Shown: positions 59,227 through 64,000 of the stretch, one piece after another
Layout of the letters: the number at the start of each line of letters is the position of its first letter
Numbering within the stretch: the first letter of the stretch is position 1
Origin: Thermodesulfobacteriota bacterium
GTDB taxonomy: Bacteria; Desulfobacterota; Binatia; Bin18
Length of the DNA stretch: 64,000 nucleotides
NCBI GenBank assembly: GCA_964291405.2
Contig: OZ219926.1
Location: 4,480,001 to 4,544,000 of the forward strand
Direction: 5' to 3'
Translations under genes and position numbers: made by a program
Notes under the pieces: model-generated
Told to the model about the DNA's origin: nothing
Databases searched by the model: none
Seen by the model: only the letters and a program-made list of their open reading frames with translations

Positions 59227-59906
59227 ATGGCCGTACAGCACGAGGGCTCGCCATCACGGCTGATTGCCGTCAATGATTTTGCCTGGCAGGAATTGATGCC
59301 GGGCGTACAGGCCCGCAACCTATGGGTTGACGAAAAAACGAACCGGCGGGCGCTTATGACGCGGATCACGCCCGGCCTGCAAATGCCCACCCACAAGCAT
59401 GTGGGCGATGAGTTGGTCTATCTCATCGAAGGGACACTGTCGGACGAGTTTGGCACGATCACCGCGGGTAATATGGGTTATCGGCCTGACGGGTGCGTCC
59501 ACAGCGTATCGAGCAGCACTGGGGCCACCGCCATTGCGATTATCACCGGTGGGGTAGAGCCCGCGACCGAACGAGGGGATACCCCACCATCCCAGATCTT
59601 TTCGCTGAGTGGGCTGGAATGGGTTGAAGCGCGGCCGGGTATCCGCCTGAAATCTATTTGGGAAGATCAGGCGGCCGGGCGGCGGGCCGTGCTCGCGCGC
59701 TTTGAGCCGGACTCGGTGCTGCCCTTGCATCGCCATAACGGGGATGAACTCATTTTGTAATCGAAGGGGAAAACGAGGATGAGTCCGGTCCGGTGTCAAC
59801 CGGCAATATGAGCTATCGACCCAACGGCTGTACCCACACCGTCACCAGCAAAAACGGGGCGACGGCCCTGAATTTTGTTTGGGGCGGAGCAGAGATGATT
59901 GAGTAG
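59227..59906 (+). pseudogene. Tandem ChrR-like cupin protein with a 1-nt frameshift near 59753-59756
   Basis: Domain 1 HKHVGDELVYLIEG..GNMGYRPDGCVH; domain 2 HRHNGDELI continues after the shift as (F)VIEGENEDE..GNMSYRPNGCTHTV...EMIE*. Confidence 0.8.
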
Positions 59907-59975
59907 ACATCCGTAGCAAAAAATATCAACCTGGCTGTTTGCCGGGCTGTACGGCTGCCAGAGTCGCCAGCCCGG

Positions 59976-61511
59976 CTATAAATCGTCCGCCTCACCCGTT
60001 CGCCCCAAGACCCATACCAGCGCGGCACCCAGGCCAACCCCCAGAGGGAGTAGAACAAGGGGTGGAACGCCAAAACCGGCTGGCAGATAGCCCAGACACA
60101 GCGAGACCGCTCCAACCGTGAGCGCGTATGGTAACTGCGTCCGTACATGAGTGATGACCTCGACCCCGCTGGCCGTAGCGGACAATATCGTCGTGTCTGA
60201 AATCGGTGAGATATGGTCGCCAAAGCAGGCGCCGGCGAGGACCGCCCCAACCGTGGCCAGGACCGGAGGGCCGGCCGTTCCACCTGCAAGGGAGACGGCC
60301 AGGGGAACGACCAGCGGAATGAGAATGGCCATCGTACTAAACGAGCTTCCGGTTGCAAAGGAGACCGCCGCTGCCACCAGAAATGTCAGCGCGGGCAGGC
60401 TCCACGTGGTCACGCTATCGGTGAGTAAATTGGTCAGGGCATGAGCCGTGCCTATGGTTTCGAGAGCCGACCCTAATCCCCAGGCCAGATACAGAATCAC
60501 CAGCGCGCCAAAAATACGCCGCATGCCGCTCCAACTCGCTCGGAGTGTTCCTGGGAGCGTGAGGGTGTGGCTGGATAAGGACAGCACGACGGCAACGACA
60601 AAAGCAACGCCGGCACCCAATACCATAGACCGATAGGCGTTAGCCGCCCCCATAATCGAGAGGAGCGTGGGATTGGCCGGACCATTCGCTCCTGCACTGG
60701 CTCGGCCGTCCACGTATAGACAGATCAAAGTCGCCAACAGGAGGCTCAGAATAGGGCCTGCCGCCAACCACGCAGACTGAGCGGGCTCGGGCGTATTGTT
60801 CTGCTCGACAGTGAGCGTCGCGGCTCGCGTTTTATGTTCCAGACGGGCCATGGGCCCAAAGTCTCGGCCCGACAGGGCAACCGCGCCAACAAAAGCCAAA
60901 GAATAAATACTGTAAAAACGAAACGGCAGGGTGCTTACAAAGAAGACTAAGAGACCTCCGGCAAGCGGAACACCGTCGAGCGCGTCGGCGAGTAGTCCCA
61001 ACTCGTAGCCGATCCAGGTTGAGATAACGGCAAACGAAGCAACCGGCGCCGCGGTTGAATCTACAATATAGGCGAGCTTGGCGTGCGAAAGCTTGTGGCG
61101 ATCGTAGAGGGGTCGAAAGGTGGTGCCGACCATGAGGCAGTTGGCGTAATCGTCAAAAAAGACGAACAGACCGGCCAACCAACTAGCAGCCATAGCGCTC
61201 CGTGGGCCACGAACGATCCGTTCCGCCTTGCGGACAAGCGCGATGGTTCCACCATTGCGCTCAATGACCGCGACCATGCCGGCAACGAGGAGGGAAAAAC
61301 TCGTAATGAGAATATTGTCGGTATCAAGCGCCACGTGGAAAAGGAAACTAGCCGTTCGTGTGGCCGCGGCCAGGGGGTCGAGCTGGGTGGCGAGGAGCGC
61401 GCCGAACCCCAGGCCGATGCTCAATGAGAGGCGAACCCGTTGGGTGACAATCGCCAGGCCAATAGTGACCAGCGGAGGGAGGAGGGTAAGGGGTGAGCCA
61501 TACCATTCCAT
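59976..61511 (-). CDS. Na+/H+ antiporter NhaC-family transporter
   Basis: FFDDYAN, KLAYIVDSTAAP, FATGSSF, GDHISPISDTTILS, HVRTQLPY. Confidence 0.9.
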   Translation of the reverse strand: MEWYGSPLTLLPPLVTIGLAIVTQRVRLSLSIGLGFGALLATQLDPLAAATRTASFLFHVALDTDNILITSFSLLVAGMVAVIERNGGTIALVRKAERIVRGPRSAMAASWLAGLFVFFDDYANCLMVGTTFRPLYDRHKLSHAKLAYIVDSTAAPVASFAVISTWIGYELGLLADALDGVPLAGGLLVFFVSTLPFRFYSIYSLAFVGAVALSGRDFGPMARLEHKTRAATLTVEQNNTPEPAQSAWLAAGPILSLLLATLICLYVDGRASAGANGPANPTLLSIMGAANAYRSMVLGAGVAFVVAVVLSLSSHTLTLPGTLRASWSGMRRIFGALVILYLAWGLGSALETIGTAHALTNLLTDSVTTWSLPALTFLVAAAVSFATGSSFSTMAILIPLVVPLAVSLAGGTAGPPVLATVGAVLAGACFGDHISPISDTTILSATASGVEVITHVRTQLPYALTVGAVSLCLGYLPAGFGVPPLVLLPLGVGLGAALVWVLGRTGEADDL

Positions 61512-61532
61512 GGGGTATGAACACCGCGGTGC

Positions 61533-62273
61533 CTACAAGCCCAGGCTCATGCCTCCATCAGCGATCAGCATCTGGCCGGTGAGATACGACGCCAGCGGCG
61601 AGGCAAGAAACAACGCAATTCCGCCCATGTCTTCCGGTGTCCCCCAGCGTTTCATGGGAATAGAGTCGAGCGAATCCTGATAACGGCGCGGATGACCCCA
61701 GGTGACCTTGGTGATTTTGGTAGCAATCAACCCTGGGGCGATACCGTTCACCCGGATGCCGTCCCCGGCCCAGGCCTCGGCCAGGGTTTTGGTCAGGGTG
61801 ACGAGCGCACCCTTGCTGGCGCTATACGCGGGATTCCCAAGCACAGAGAAAAAGCTCGCTCCCGAGCCGAGCATAATGATGCTGCCCTGTGTTTTGGCCA
61901 GCATGGGCTGGAACTTGGTGCAACTACTCATGACGCTCATGAGGTTGACGTCCAGTACTCGCCTGAAGGTTGGCATCTGAAACTCGGCCCGCTTATACTC
62001 GACAATACCCTGTGAGACGACCAGCACATCGAGGGAGTCAAAGGGCGGTTGCAGGGCTTCGACCTTGCTATCGCTAGACACGTCCCATTGGAAATAATCT
62101 AGGCCGTCCAGTTCGGAGCCTTCTTCGTCTACGTAATCTGCCGCACTTGCACGGGTGCCGGAGACAAAAACCTGCCCGCCGTGGTCGCGGAAACGGCGGG
62201 CTATGCCGTTTCCTATCCCGCTCGACCCGCCGATGACCAGAACCGTTTTATCGCTGAAATCGATTTCATTCAT
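61533..62273 (-). CDS. SDR family oxidoreductase
   Basis: GGSSGIG, YSASKG, RVNGIAPG, ADGG. Confidence 0.9.
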   Translation of the reverse strand: MNEIDFSDKTVLVIGGSSGIGNGIARRFRDHGGQVFVSGTRASAADYVDEEGSELDGLDYFQWDVSSDSKVEALQPPFDSLDVLVVSQGIVEYKRAEFQMPTFRRVLDVNLMSVMSSCTKFQPMLAKTQGSIIMLGSGASFFSVLGNPAYSASKGALVTLTKTLAEAWAGDGIRVNGIAPGLIATKITKVTWGHPRRYQDSLDSIPMKRWGTPEDMGGIALFLASPLASYLTGQMLIADGGMSLGL

Positions 62274-62434
62274 GGCTGACTGCCCCTCTTCCGAAGATTG
62301 CCCGTCTTGAGCGAAGCCAGCCTACTGTACCGAGTGTCACCTGGCTGAGAAAGGGCAGGGAGGGACACGGGCGGCTTGCATCTCGGCGCGGGGACAGGCA
62401 TGTAAGAAGGCACAACTAGAGTAAGGAGGGAGCT

Positions 62435-62962
62435 ATGGCTTTACCGCAAGAGATTCGCCCGATTAACAGCGAATTGATGGATGCAATCACACAGTCGTCG
62501 GATGCGGATTGGATTCCCAACCCGGATGACCCCGAACGCGCCTTTATGAGGGTGCTCTGGACCGGAGAAGAGAGCGGCCGCTGGATGGTACATTTCCGTT
62601 GGCTGAAGGGCTACGTGGCCCCCCCGCATAAACATCTGAGTGCGGCGCATACCTATATTCTTTCGGGCAAACTCAAAGTCCGGGGTGGTACATTTAACGC
62701 CGGCGATTATGTGCATGAGGCTAACGGCATGGTCCACGGAGCCACCACCGCGTTGGAAGACACGGAATATCTATTCATGTGTGACGGCCCGGTCATCTTC
62801 TTTGGCAAAGACGAGTTCACCGGCTATCTCGGCTGGGAAGAGATCCGGCGTATGCAGCAGGCCCATGAAGCGTCCAAAAAGAAGGCTGCGGCACGGAAAA
62901 GAGCATCCTCGAAAAAACGAGTGACAGCCAGAAAGCGAACCACCAAGAAGAAAGCGGCCTAG
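62435..62962 (+). CDS. Cupin protein (2,4'-dihydroxyacetophenone dioxygenase-like) with basic K/R/A-rich tail
   Basis: PPHKH...GDYVHEANGMVH cupin motifs; AAGGAGG RBS. Confidence 0.8.
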   Translation: MALPQEIRPINSELMDAITQSSDADWIPNPDDPERAFMRVLWTGEESGRWMVHFRWLKGYVAPPHKHLSAAHTYILSGKLKVRGGTFNAGDYVHEANGMVHGATTALEDTEYLFMCDGPVIFFGKDEFTGYLGWEEIRRMQQAHEASKKKAAARKRASSKKRVTARKRTTKKKAA

Positions 62963-63098
62963 GCGGCCGTGCTGTTGAACAGCGAGCCAGTCACCAGCGC
63001 CCGGAGTTCTGACGGACTCCGGGCGTTGTCTTTGGGGCGGCAGAGCGCTCACCGCACGCGCTCTACCTCCTAGCTCATCTCTCGGATACATTCGACAT

Positions 63099-63806
63099 AT
63101 GGCAGAAAACAAAACGCCGTCCCCCGCGCTCCCTGCCGCCACCGTCATCGTGCTCCGGGATGCGGAGAGTCTGCCAAAAGGTATCGAGGCTCTGTTATTA
63201 CGTCGGAACGCGAAAACGGCCTTTCATGGTGGGGCCTGGGTGTTTCCTGGCGGACATATCGATCCCGAAGATCACAATCCAGATGCGCCGGACGATATGC
63301 TGGCTGCCGCCCGGCAGGCCGCGGTCCGCGAGGCTCAGGAAGAAGCCGGCCTCAACCTCTCGACAGCGGACTTGCGCTATTTTTCGCACTGGACCGCACC
63401 GCTGGTTCGTCCGAAACGTTTTTCAACCTGGTTCTTTGTTGTCCAAGCCGGTGATGAGAACGTCCAGGTCGATGGTACGGAAATCAGCGCCCATGCCTGG
63501 ATGCGCCCGCACGAGGCGCTGGCGGCGCGGCAGGCCGGTGAGCTTGAGCTGCCGCCGCCAACGTTTGTCTCGCTGACGAAACTCTCCGCTTTCGAGACCG
63601 TCCAGGACGTGCTTGCGTATGTACGCGGACGCGAGCCGGACATCTTTTTTCCCAAGCTAGAGAAAGTCGAGGGCGGCTATTGTTCGTTGTACCATGGCGA
63701 TGCCGGATACGAATCCTCGAATGTCGATGGGCCGGGAAGGCGGCACCGGTTATGGATGCTCAAAAGCGGCTGGCACTATGAGATCGCGCAGGAGTGTGTC
63801 AATTGA
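63099..63806 (+). CDS. NUDIX hydrolase
   Basis: PAATVIVLRD, VFPGG..D...AAVREAQEEAG, HWTAP...KRFSTWFF, LPPPT. Confidence 0.9.
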   Translation: MAENKTPSPALPAATVIVLRDAESLPKGIEALLLRRNAKTAFHGGAWVFPGGHIDPEDHNPDAPDDMLAAARQAAVREAQEEAGLNLSTADLRYFSHWTAPLVRPKRFSTWFFVVQAGDENVQVDGTEISAHAWMRPHEALAARQAGELELPPPTFVSLTKLSAFETVQDVLAYVRGREPDIFFPKLEKVEGGYCSLYHGDAGYESSNVDGPGRRHRLWMLKSGWHYEIAQECVN

Positions 63807-63837
63807 GAGCGGTTTCATTTTTCAGGAGGAGATGAGC

Positions 63838-64000
63838 ATGGCTGTATCGTTCTCAAAAATTACGGATGTCTTTGGGGCGGAAGTTGATGGGGTGGACATC
63901 GCGGCTGGTGTCAGCGAAACGGCCATGCGTGATATCGTCGATTTATTTAACGAGTACTCCATCCTGATTTTCCACGACCAGAAAATAAACGACGAGCAGC
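63838..64000 (+). CDS. TauD/TfdA-family dioxygenase, 5' part (runs off window)
   Basis: AGGAGA RBS; MAVSFSKITDVFGAEVDGVDI...FNEYSILIFHDQKINDEQ. Confidence 0.8.
   Translation, partial: MAVSFSKITDVFGAEVDGVDIAAGVSETAMRDIVDLFNEYSILIFHDQKINDEQ

Noticed and set aside
59755-59763. Stop-codon readthrough or selenocysteine in the cupin gene
   Set aside because: The stop is TAA and the continuation lies in a different frame, so it is a frameshift.

Overview
A GC-rich bacterial chromosome segment. Gene content and the expanded 'SGVGVISGWKCEA' secreted-domain family suggest a Binatota/deltaproteobacterial, possibly host-associated lineage (inference). The housekeeping backbone includes queG, an A-type Fe-S carrier, gph, folP, nuoI-moeB-moaD-tkt, trmB, coaBC, a polyprenyl synthase, udg, nfeD-SPFH, queA...tgt-yajC-secD-secF-recJ and fatty-acid/aromatic catabolic genes. 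Four accessory regions interrupt it. (1) 0.6-7.5 kb: a defence/TA hotspot with phd-vapC, an m6A MTase plus NotI-family REase nested between remnants of an MmeI-like gene, a Zn-finger/NDT-like protein, a DUF2971/ART-like ORF, higBA and abrB-vapC. (2) 9.4-12 kb: three tandem secreted paralogs with a conserved N-domain and variable Cys-rich C-domains. (3) 21.8-36.8 kb: a minus-strand cluster with a stand-alone copy of that N-domain, three 1200-1360 aa secreted paralogs with hypervariable loops and a beta-propeller/di-heme cytochrome c protein; these last four all end in D-L-E-x-L-E. (4) 46.9-48.4 kb: an islet splitting queA from tgt, with a minimal ParB/Srx-fold protein plus a Cys-based phosphatase (candidate kinase/phosphatase TA module) and a hicB gene split by a 150-bp TA-flanked MITE that also occurs at 22.1 kb. 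No tRNA, rRNA, CRISPR array or transposase was seen. All family assignments come from motif recognition by eye; no database was searched.
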